From contig NW_027437446.1 of NCBI RefSeq assembly GCF_964204645.1, positions 1 to 64,000 of the forward strand: DNA of 64,000 nucleotides. The letters run 5' to 3'. This document shows, in pieces, positions 49,501 through 61,500 of this stretch; the first letter of the stretch is position 1; every line of letters begins with the position of its first letter. Made by a program: the position numbers and the translations under genes. A model generated the notes under the pieces. It was not told the origin of the DNA, made no database searches, and worked only from the letters and a program-made list of their open reading frames with translations. The stretch comes from Tubulanus polymorphus (taxonomy: Eukaryota > Animalia > Nemertea).

Positions 49501-52500
49501 CGTTCAGCGCGAGAAAAGAAGTTTTCTCATCAAATTCTCCCCGTATCGGAAAAACGAAAATGTCGATGCGCAAAAGCGCTCAAATCGACGGGAAAAGTAC
49601 ATTTCGACCCGAAAACGTCGTTCAGCGCGAGAAAAGACGTTTTCTCATCAAATTCTCCCCGTATCGGAAAAACGAAAATGTCGATGCGCAAAAGCGCTCA
49701 AATCGACGGGAAAAGCACATTTCGACCCGAAAACGTCGTTCAGCGCGAGAAAAGACGTTTTCTCATCAAATTCTCCCCTTATCAGAAAAAATGAAATTGT
49801 CGATGCGCGAAAGCGCTCAAATCGACGGGAAAAGCACATTTCGACCCGAAAACGTCGTTCAGCGCGAGAAAAGAAGTTTTCTTATCAAATTTTCCCCGTA
49901 TCGGAAAAACGAAAATGTCGATGCGAAAAGCGCTCAAATCGACGGGAAAAGTACATTTCGACCCGAAAACGTCGTTCAGCGCGAGAAAAGAAGTTTTCTT
50001 ATCAAATTCTCCCCGTATCGGAAAAACGAAAATGTCGATGCGCGAAAGCGCTCAAATCGACGGGAAAAGTACATTTCGAACCGAAAACGTCGTTCAGCGC
50101 GAGAAAAGACGTTTTCTCATCAATTCTCCCCGTATCGGAAAAACGAAAATGTCGATGAGCAAAAGCGCTCAAATCGACGGGAAAAGCACATTTCGACCCG
50201 AAAACGTCGTTCAGCGCGAGAAAAGACGTTTTCTCATCAAATTCTCCCCGTATCGGAAAAACGAAAATGTCGATGCGCGAAAGCGCTCAAATCGACGGGA
50301 AAAGCACATTTCGACCCGGAAACTTCGTTCAGCGCGAGAAAAGACGTTTTCTCATCAAATTCTCCCCGTATCGGAAAAACGAAAATGTCGATGCGCGAAA
50401 GCGCTCAAATCGACGGGAAAAGCACATTTCGACCCGGAAACTTCGTTCAGCGCGAGAAAAGACGTTTTCTCATCAAATTCTCCCCGTATCGGAAAAACGA
50501 AAATGTCGATGCGCGAAAGCGCTCAAATCGACGGGAAAAGCACATTTCGACCCGAAAACTTCGTTCAGCGCGAGAAAAGACGTTTTCTCATCAAATTCTC
50601 CCCGTATCGGAAAAACGAAAATGTCGATGCGCAAAAGCGCTCAAATCGACAGGAAAAGCACATTTCGACCCGAAAACGTCGTTCAGCGCGAGAAAAGACG
50701 TTTTCTCATCAAATTCTCCCCGTATCGGAAAAACGAAAATGTCGATGCGCAAAAGCGCTCAAATCGACGGGAAAAGCACATTTCGACCCGAAAACTTCGT
50801 TCAGCGCGAGAAAAGACGTTTTCTCATCAAATTCTCCCGTATCGGAAAAACGAAAATGTCGATGCGCAAAAGCGCTCAAATCGACGGGAAAAGCACATTT
50901 CGACCCGAAAACTTCGTTCAGCGCGAGAAAAGACGTTTTCTCATCAAATTCTCCCCGTATCGGAAAAAATGAAATTGTCGATGCTCGAAAGCGCTCAAAT
51001 CGACGGGAAAAGCACATTTCGACCCGAAAACGTCGTTCAGCGCGAGAAAAGAAGTTTTCTCATCAAACTCTCCCAGTATCGGAAAAACGAAAAAGTCGAT
51101 GCGCAAAAGCGCTCAAATCGACGGGAAAAGTACATTTCGACCCGAAAACGTCGTTCAGCGCGAGAAAAGACGTTTTCTCATCAAATTCTCCCCGTATCGG
51201 AAAAACGAAAATGTCGATGCGCAAAAGCGCTCAAATCGACGGGAAAAGCACATTTCGACCCGAAAACTTCGTTCAGCGCGAGAAAAGGCGTTTTCTCATC
51301 AAATTCTCGCCGTATCGGAAAAAACGAAAATGTCGATGCGCAAAAGCGCTCAAATCGACGGGAAAAGCACATTTCGACACGAAAACGTCGTTCAGCGCGA
51401 GAAAAGACGTTTTCTCATCAAATTCTCCCCGTATCGGAAAAACGAAAATGTCGATGCGCAAAAGCGCTCAAATCGACGGGAAAAGCACATTTCGACCCGA
51501 AAACGTCGTTCAGCGCGAGAAAAGACGTTTTCTCATCAAATTCTCCCCGTATCCGAAAAAACGAAAATGTCGATGAGCAAAAGCGCTCAAATCGACGAAA
51601 AGCACATTTGGACCCCGAAAACGTCGTTCAGCGCGAGAAAAGACGTTTTCTCATCAAATTCTCCCCGTATCGGAAAAAACGAAAATGTCGATGCGCAAAA
51701 GCGCTCAAATCGACGGGATAAGCACATTTCGACCCGAAAACTTCGTTCAGCGCGAGAAAAGACGTTTTCTCATCAAATTCTCCCCTTATCAGAAAAAATG
51801 AAATTGTCGATGCGCGAAAGCGCTCAAATCGACGGGAAAAGCACACTTCGACTCGAAAACGTCGTTCAGCGCGAGAAAAGACGTTTTCTCATCAAATTCT
51901 CCCCGTATCGGAAAAACGAAAATGTCGATGCGCAAAAGTGCTCAAATCGACGGGAAAAGCACATTTCGACCCGAAAACGTCGTTCAGCGCGAAAAAGACG
52001 TTTTCTCATCAAATTCTCCCCGTATCCGAAAAACGAAAATGTCGATGAGCAAAAGCGCTCAAATCGACGGGAAAAGCACATTTCGACCCGAAAACGTCGT
52101 TCAGCGCGAGAAAAGACGTTTTCTCATCAAATTCTCCCCGTATCGGAAAAACGAAAATGTCGATGCGCAAAAGCGCTCAAATCGACGGGAAAAGCACATT
52201 TCGACCCGAAAACTTCGTTCAGCCCGAGAAAAGACGTTTTCTCATCAAATTCTCCCCGTATCGGAAAAACGAAAATGTCGATGCGCAAAAGCGCTCAAAT
52301 CGACGGGAAAAGCACATTTCGACCCGAAAACGTCGTTCAGCGCGAGAAAAGACGTTTTCTCATCAAATTCTCCCCGTATCGGAAAAACGAAAATGTCGAT
52401 GCGCAAAAGCGCTCAAATCGACGGGAAAAGCACATTTCGACCCGAAAACGTCGTTCAGCGCGAGAAAAGACGTTTTCTCATCAAATTCTCCCCGTATCGG

Positions 52501-55500
52501 AAAAACGAAAATGTCGATGCGCAAAAGCGCTCAAATCGACGGGAAAAGCACATTTCCACCCGAAAACGTCGTTCAGCGCGAGAAAAGACGTTTTCTCATC
52601 AAATTCTCCCCTTATCGAAAAAACGAAAATGTCGATGCGCAAAAGCGCTCAAATCGACGGGAAAAGTACAATTCGTCCCGAATACGTCGTTCAGCGCGAG
52701 AAAAGACGTTTTCTCATCAAATTCTCCCCGTATCGGAAAAACGAAAATGTCGATGCGCAAATGCGCTCAAATCGACCGGAAAAGCACATTTCGACCCGAA
52801 AACGTCGTTCAGCGCGAGAAAAGACGTTTTCTCATCAAATTCTCCCCTTATCGGAAAAACGAAAATGTCGATGCGCAAAAGCGCTCAAATCGACGGGAAA
52901 AGCACATTTCGACCCGAAAACGTCGTTCAGCGCGAGAAAAGACGTTTTCTCATCAAATTCTCCCCGTATCGGAAAAAACGAAAATGTCGATGCGCAAAAG
53001 CGCTCAAATCGACGGGAAAAGCACATTTCGACCCGAAAACGTCGTTCAGCGCGAGAAAAGACGTTTTCTCATCAAATTCTCCCCGTATCGGAAAAACGAA
53101 AATGTCGATGCGCAAAAGCGCTCAAATCGACGGGAAAAGCACATTTCCACCCGAAAACGTCGTTCAGCGCGAGAAAAGACGTTTTCTCATCAAATTCTCC
53201 CCTTATCGAAAAAACGAAAATGTCGATGCGCAAAAGCGCTCAAATCGACGGGAAAAGCACAATTCGTCCCGAAAACGTCGTTCAGCGCGAGAAAAGACGT
53301 TTTCTCATCAAATTCTCCCCGTATGGGAAAAACGAAAATGTCGATGCGCAAAAGCGCTCAAATCGACGGGAAAAGCACATTTCCACCCGAAAACGTCGTT
53401 CAGCGCGAGAAAAGACGTTTTCTCATCAAATTCTCCCCTTATCGAAAAAACGAAAATGTCGATGCGCAAAAGCGCTCAAATCGACAGGAAAAGCACATTT
53501 CGACCCGAAAACTTCGTTCAGCGCGAGAAAAGAAGTTTTCTCATCAAATTCTCCCCGTATCGGAAAACGAAAATGTCGATGCGCGAAAGCGCTCAAATCG
53601 ACGGGAAAAGTACATTTCGACCCGAAAACGTCGTTCAGCGCGAGAAAAGACGTTTTCTCATCAAATTCTCCCCGTATCGGAAAAACGAAAATGTCGATGC
53701 GCAAAAGCGCTCAAATCGACGGGAAAAGCACATTTCGACCCGAAAACGTCGTTCAGCGCGAGAAAAGACGTTTTCTCATCAAATTCTCCCCTTATCAGAA
53801 AAAATGAAATTGTCGATGCGCGAAAGCGCTCAAATCGACGGGAAAAGCACATTTCGACCCGGAAAACGTCGTTCAGCGCGAGAAAAGACGTTTTCTCATC
53901 AAATTCTCCCCTTATCAGAAAAAATGAAATTGTCGATGCGCGAAAGCGCTCAAATCGACGGGAAAGCACATTTCGACCCGAAAACGTCGTTCAGCGCGAG
54001 AAAAGAAGTTTTCTTATCAAATTTTCCCCGTATCGGAAAAACGAAAATGTCGATGCGAAAAGCGCTCAAATCGACGGGAAAAGTACATTTCGACCCGAAA
54101 ACGTCGTTCAGCGCGAGAAAAGACGTTTTCTCATCAAATTCTCCCCTTATCAGAAAAAATGAAATTGTCGATGCGCGGAAGCGCTCAAATCGACGGGAAA
54201 AGCACATTTCGACCCGAAAACGTCGTTCAGCGCGAGAAAAGAAGTTTTCTTATCAAATTCTCCCCGTATCGGAAAAACGAAAATGTCGATGCGCGAAAGC
54301 GCTCAAATCGACGGAAAAGTACATTTCGAACCGAAAACGTCGTTCAGCGCGAGAAAAGACGTTTTCTCATCAAATTCTCCCCGTATCGGAAAAACGAAAA
54401 TGTCGATGAGCAAAAGCGCTCAAATCGACGGGAAAAGCACATTTCGACCCGAAAACGTCGTTCAGCGCGAGAAAAGACGTTTTCTCATCAAATTCTCCCC
54501 GTATCGGAAAAACGAAAATGTCGATGCGCGAAAGCGCTCAAATCGACGGGAAAAGCACATTTCGACCCGGAAACTTCGTTCAGCGCGAGAAAAGACGTTT
54601 TCTCATCAAATTCTCCCCGTATCGGAAAAACGAAAATGTCGATGCGCGAAAGCGCTCAAATCGACGGGAAAAGCACATTTCGACCCGAAAACTTCGTTCA
54701 GCGCGAGAAAAGACGTTTTCTCATCAAATTCTCCCCGTATCGGAAAAACGAAAATGTCGATGCGCGAAAGCGCTCAAATCGACGGGAAAAGCACATTTCG
54801 ACCCGAAAACGTCGTTCAGCGCGAGAAAAGACGTTTTCTCATCAAATTCTCCCCCGTATCGGAAAAACGAAAATGTCGATGCGCAAAAGCGCTCAAATGG
54901 ACGGGAAAAGCACATTTCGACCCGAAAACTTCGTTCAGCGCGAGAAAAGACGTTTTCTCATCAAATTCTCCCCGTATCGGAAAAACGAAAATGTCGATGC
55001 GCAAAAGCGCTCAAATCGACGGGAAAAGCACATTTCGACCCGAAAACTTCGTTCAGCGCGAGAAAAGACGTTTTCTCATCAAATTCTCCCCGTATCGGAA
55101 AAAATGAAATTGTCGATGCTCGAAAGCGCTCAAATCGACGGGAAAAGCACATTTCGACCCGAAAACGTCGTTCAGCGCGAGAAAAGAAGTTTTCTCATCA
55201 AACTCTCCCAGTATCGGAAAAACGAAAAAGTCGATGCGCAAAAGCGCTCAAATCGACGGGAAAAGTACATTTCGACCCGGAAAACGTCGTTCAGCGCGAG
55301 AAAAGACGTTTTCTCATCAAATTCTCCCCGTATCGGAAAAACGAAAATGTCGATGCGCAAAAGCGCTCAAATCGACGGGAAAAGCACATTTCGACCCGAA
55401 AACTTCGTTCAGCGCGAGAAAAGGCGTTTTCTCATCAAATTCTCCCCGTATCGGAAAAACGAAAATGTCGATGCGCAAAAGCGCTCAAATCGACGGGATA

Positions 55501-58500
55501 AGCACATTTCGACCCGAAAACTTCGTTCAGCGCGAGAAAAGACGTTTTCTCATCAAATTCTCCCCGTATCAGAAAAACGAAAATGTCGATACGCAAAAGC
55601 GCTCAAATCGACGGGAAAAGTACATTTCGACCCGAAAACGTCGTTCAGCGCGAGAAAAGACGTTTTCTCATCAAATTCTCCGCGTATCGGAAAAACGAAA
55701 ATGTCGATGCGCAAAAGCGCTCAAATCGACGGGGAAAGTACATTTCGACCCGAAAACGTCGTTCAGCGCGAGAAAATACGTTTTCTCATCAAATTCTCCC
55801 CGTATCCGAAAAACGAAAATGTCGATGCGCAAAAGCGCTCAAATCGACGTGAAAAGCACATTTCGACCCGAAAACTTCGTTCAGCGCGAGAAAAGACGTT
55901 TTCTCATCAAATTCTCCCCTTATCAGAAAAAATGAAATTGTCGATGCGCGAAAGCGCTCAAATCGACGGGAAAAGCACACTTCGACTCGAAAACGTCGTT
56001 CAGCGCGAGAAAAGACGTTTTCTCATCAAATTCTCCCCGTATCGGAAAAACGAAAATGTCGATGCGCAAAAGTGCTCAAATCGACGGGAAAAGCACATTT
56101 CGACCCGAAAACGTCGTTCAGCGCGAAAAAAGACGTTTTCTCATCAAATTCTCCCCGTATCCGAAAAACGAAAATGTCGATGAGCAAAAGCGCTCAAATC
56201 GACGGAAAAGCACATTTCGACCCGAAAACGTCGTTCAGCGCGAGAAAAGACGTTTTCTCATCAAATTCTCCCGTATCGGAAAAACGAAAATGTCGATGCG
56301 CAAAAGCGCTCAAATCGACGGGAAAAGCACATTTCGACCCGAAAACTTCGTTCAGCCCGAGAAAAGACGTTTTCTCATCAAATTCTCCCCGTATCGGAAA
56401 AACGAAAATGTCGATGCGCAAAAGCGCTCAAATCGACGGGAAAAGCACATTTCGACCCGAAAACGTCGTTCAGCGCGAGAAAAGACGTTTTCTCATCAAA
56501 TTCTCCCCGTATCGGAAAAACGAAAATGTCGATGCGCAAAAGCGCTCAAATCGACGGGAAAAGCACATTTCGACCCGAAAACGTCGTTCAGCGCGAGAAA
56601 AGACGTTTTCTCATCAAATTCTCCCCGTATCGGAAAAACGAAAATGTCGATGCGCAAAAGCGCTCAAATCGACGGGAAAAGCACATTTCGACCCGAAAAC
56701 GTCGTTCAGCGCGAGAAAAGACGTTTTCTCATCAAATTCTCCCCTTATCGGAAAAAACGAAAATGTCGATGCGCAAAAGCGCTCAAATCGACGGGAAAAG
56801 CACATTTCGACCCGAAAACGTCGTTCAGCGCGAGAAAAGACGTTTTCTCATCAAATTCTCCCCGTATCGGAAAAACGAAAATGTCGATGCGCAAAAGCGC
56901 TCAAATCGACGGGAAAAGCACATTTCGACCCGAAAACGTCGTTCAGCGCGAGAAAAGACGTTTTCTCATCAAATTCTCCCCTTATCGGAAAAACGAAAAT
57001 TTCGATGCGCAAAAGCGCTCAAATCGACGGGAAAAGCACAATTCGTCCCGAAAACGTCGTTCAGCGCGAGAAAAGACGTTTTCTCATCAAATTCTCCCCG
57101 TATCGGAAAAACGAAAATGTCGATGCGCAAAAGCGCTCAAATCGACGGGAAAAGCACATTTCGACCCGAAAACGTCGTTCAACGCGAGAAAAGACGTTTT
57201 CTCATCAAATTCTCCCCTTATCGGAAAAACGAAAATGTCGATGCGCAAAAGCGCTCAAATCGACGGGAAAAGCACAATTCGTCCCGAAAACGTCGTTCAG
57301 CGCGAGAAAAAACGTTTTCTCATCAAATTCTCCCCGTATCGGAAAAACGAAAATGTCGATACGCAAAAGCGCTCAAATCGACGGGAAAAGCACATTTCGA
57401 CCCGAAAACGTCGTTCAGCCCGAGAAAAGACGTTTTCTCATCAAATTCTCCCCTTATCGGAAAAACGAAAATGTCGATGCGTAAAAGCGCTCAAATCGAC
57501 GGGAAAAGCACATTTCGACCCGAAAACGTCGTTCAGCGCGAGAAAAGACGTTTTCTCATCAAATTCTCCCCGTATCGGAAAAACGAAAATGTCGATGCGC
57601 AAAAGTACTCAAATCGACCGGAAAAGCACATTTCGACCCGAAAACGTCGTTCAGCCCGAGAAAAGACGTTTTCTCATCAAATTCTCCCCTTATCGGAAAA
57701 CGAAAATGTCGATGCGCAAAAGTGCTCAAATCGACGGGAAAAGCACATTTCTACCCGAAAACGTCGTTCAGCGCGAGAAAAGACGTTTTCGCATCAAATT
57801 CTCCCCGTATCGGAAAACGAAAATGTCGATGCGCAAAAGTGCTCAAATCGACGGGAAAAGCACATTTCTACCCGAAAACGTCGTTCAGCGCGAGAAAAGG
57901 CGTTTTCTCATCAAATTCTCCCCGTATCCGAAAAACGAAAATGTCGATGCGCAAAAGCGCTCAAATCGACGGGAAAAGCACATTTCGACCCGAAAACGTC
58001 GTTCAGCCCGAGAAAAGACGTTTTCTCATCAAATTCTCCCCTTATCGGAAAACGAAAATGTCGATGCGCAAAAGCGCTCGAATCGACGGGAAAAGCACAT
58101 TTCGACCCGAAAACGTCGTTCAGCGCGAGAAAAGACGTTTTCTCATCAAATTCTCCCCGTATCCGAAAAACGAATATGTCGATGCGCAAAAGCGCTCGAA
58201 TCGACGGGAAAAGCACATTTCGACCCGAAAACGTCGTTCAGCGCGAGAAAAGACGTTTTCTCATCAAATTCTCCCCGTATCCGAAAAACGAAAATGTCGA
58301 TGCGCAAAAGTACTCAAATCGACGGGAAAAGCACATTTCTACCCGAAAACGTCGTTCAGCGCGAGAAAAGACCTTTTCTCATCAAATTCTCCCCGTATCG
58401 GAAAAACGAAAATGTCGATACGCAAAAGCGCTCAAATCGACGGGAAAAGCACATTTCGACCCGAAAACGTCGTTCAGCCCGAGAAAAGACGTTTTCTCAT

Positions 58501-61500
58501 CAAATTCTCCCCTTATCGGAAAACGAAAATGTCGATGCGCAAAAGCGCTCGAATCGACGGGAAAAGCACATTTCGACCCGAAAACGTCGTTCAGCGCGAG
58601 AAAAGACGTTTTCTCATCAAATTCTCCCCGTATCGGAAAAACGAAAATGTCGATGCGCAAAAGCGCTCGAATCGACGGGAAAAGCACATTTCGACCCGAA
58701 AACGTCGTTCAGCGCGAGAAAAGACGTTTTCTTATCAAATTCTCCCCGTATCGGAAAAACGAAAATGTCGATGCGCGAAAGCGCTCAAATCGACGGGAAA
58801 AGCACATTCCGACCCGAAAACGTCGTTCAGCCCGAGAAAAGACGTTTTCTCATCAAATTCTCCCCTTATCGGAAAACGAAAATGTCGATGCGCAAAAGCG
58901 CTCGAATCGACGGGAAAAGCACATTTCGACCCGAAAACGTCGTTCAGCGCGAGAAAAGACGTTTTCTCATGAAATTCTCCCCGTATCCGAAAAACGAATA
59001 TGTCGATGCGCAAAAGCGCTCGAATCGACGGGAAAAGCACATTTCGACCCGAAAACGTCGTTCAGCGCGAGAAAAGACGTTTTCTCATCAAATTCTCCCC
59101 GTATCCGAAAAACGAAAATGTCGATGCGCAAAAGTACTCAAATCGACGGGAAAAGCACATTTCTACCCGAAAACGTCGTTCAGCGCGAGAAAAGACGTTT
59201 TCTCATCAAATTCTCCCCTTATCGGAAAACGAAAATGTCGATGCGCAAAAGCGCTCGAATCGACGGGAAAAGCACATTTCGACCCGAAAACGTCGTTTAG
59301 CCCGAGAAAAGACGTTTTCTCATCAAATTCTTCCCGTATCGGAAAAACGAAAATGTCGATGCGCGAAAGCGCTCAAATCGACGGGAAAAGCACATTCCGA
59401 CCCGAAAACGTCGTTCAGCCCGAGAAAAGACGTTTTCTCATCAAATTCTCCCCGTATCCGAAAAACGAATATGTCGATGCGCAAAAGCGCTCGAATCGAC
59501 GGGAAAAGCACATTTCGACCCGAAAACGTCGTTCAGCGCGAGAAAAGACGTTTTCTCATCAAATTCTCCCCGTATCCGAAAAACGAAAATGTCGATGCGC
59601 AAAAGTACTCAAATCGACGGGAAAAGCACATTTCTACCCGAAAACGTCGTTCAGCGCGAGAAAAGACGTTTTCTCATCAAATTCTCCCCTTATCGGAAAA
59701 CGAAAATGTCGATGCGCAAAAGCGCTCGAATCGACGGGAAAAGCACATTTCGACCCGAAAACGTCGTTCAGCCCGAGAAAAGACGTTTTCTCATCAAATT
59801 CTCCCCTTATCGGAAAACGAAAATGTCGATGCGCAAAAGCGCTCGAATCGACGGGAAAAGCACATTTCGACCCGAAAACGTCGTTCAGCGCGAGAAAAGA
59901 CGTTTTCTCATCAAATTCTCCCCGTATCCGAAAAACGAAAATGCGCTCAAATCGACGGGAAAAGCACATTTCGACCCGAAAACGTCGTTCAGCGCGAGAA
60001 AAGACGTTTTCTCATCAAAATCTCCCCGTATCCGAAAAACGAAAATGTCGATGCGCAAAAGTACTCAAATCGACCGGAAAAGCACATTTCGACACGAAAA
60101 CGTCGTTCAGCGCGAGAAAAGACGTTTTCTCATCAAATTCTCCCCTTATCGGAAAACGAAAATGTCGATGCGCAAAAGTGCTCAAATCGACGGGAAAAGC
60201 ACATTTCTACCCGAAAACGTCGTTCAGCGCGAGAAAAGACGTTTTCTCATCAAATTCTCCCCGTATCGGAAAACGAAAATGTCGATGCGCAAAAGCGCTC
60301 GAATCGACGGGAAAAGTACATTTCGACCTAAAAACGTCGTTCAGCGCGAGAAAAGACGTTTTCTCATCAAATTCTCCCCGTATCCGAAAAACGAAAATGT
60401 CGATGCGTAAAGGCGCTCAAATCGACGGGAAAAGCACATTTCGACCCGAAAACGTCGTTCAGCGCGAGAAAAGACGTTTTCTCATCAAATTCTCCCCGTA
60501 TCGGAAAAACTAAAATGTCGATGCGCAAAAGTACTCAAATCGACGGGAAAAGCACATTTCTACCCGAAAACTTCGTTCAGCGCGAGAAAAGACGTTTTCT
60601 CATCAAATTCTCCCCGTATCGGAAAAACGAAAATGTCGATGCGCAAAAGAGCTCAAATCGAAGGGAAAAGCACATTTCGACCCGAAAACGTCGTTCAGCG
60701 CGAGAAAAGAAGTTTTCTCATCAAATTCTCCCCGTATCGGAAAAACGAAAATGTCGATACGCAAAAGCGCTCAAATCGACGGGAAAAGCACATTTCGACC
60801 CGAAAACGTCGTACAGCCCGAGAAAAGACGTTTTCTCATCAAATTCTCCCCTTATCGGAAAACGAAAATGTCGATGCGCAAAAGCGCTCGAATCGACGGG
60901 AAAAGCACATTTCGACCCGAAAACGTCGTTCAGCGCGAGAAAAGACGTTTTCTCATCAAATTCTCCCCGTATCCGAAAAACGAATATGTCGATGCGCAAA
61001 AGCGCTCGAATCGACGGGAAAAGCACATTTCGACCCGAAAACGTCGTTCAGCGCGAGAAAAGACGTTTTCTCATCAAATTCTCCCCGTATCCGAAAAACG
61101 AATATGTCGATGCGCAAAAGCGCTCGAATCGACGGGAAAAGCACATTTCGACCCGAAAACGTCGTTCAGCGCGAGAAAAGACGTTTTCTCATCAAATTCT
61201 CCCCGTATCCGAAAAACTAAAATGTCGATGCGCAAAAGTACTCAAATCGACGGGAAAAGCACATTTCTACCCGAAAACGTCGTTCAGCGCGAGAAAAGAC
61301 CTTTTCTCATCAAATTCTCCCCGTATCGGAAAAACGAAAATGTCGATACGCAAAAGCGCTCAAATCGACGGGAAAAGCACATTTCGACCCGAAAACGTCG
61401 TTCAGCCCGAGAAAAGACGTTTTCTCATCAAATTCTCCCCTTATCGGAAAACGAAAATGTCGATGCGCAAAAGCGCTCGAATCGACGGGAAAAGCACATT

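Noticed and set aside
47580-56300. Scattered singleton 1-bp indels as distinct satellite subfamilies
   Set aside because: Most are in homopolymers and are not shared between duplicated blocks, so they may be consensus errors.
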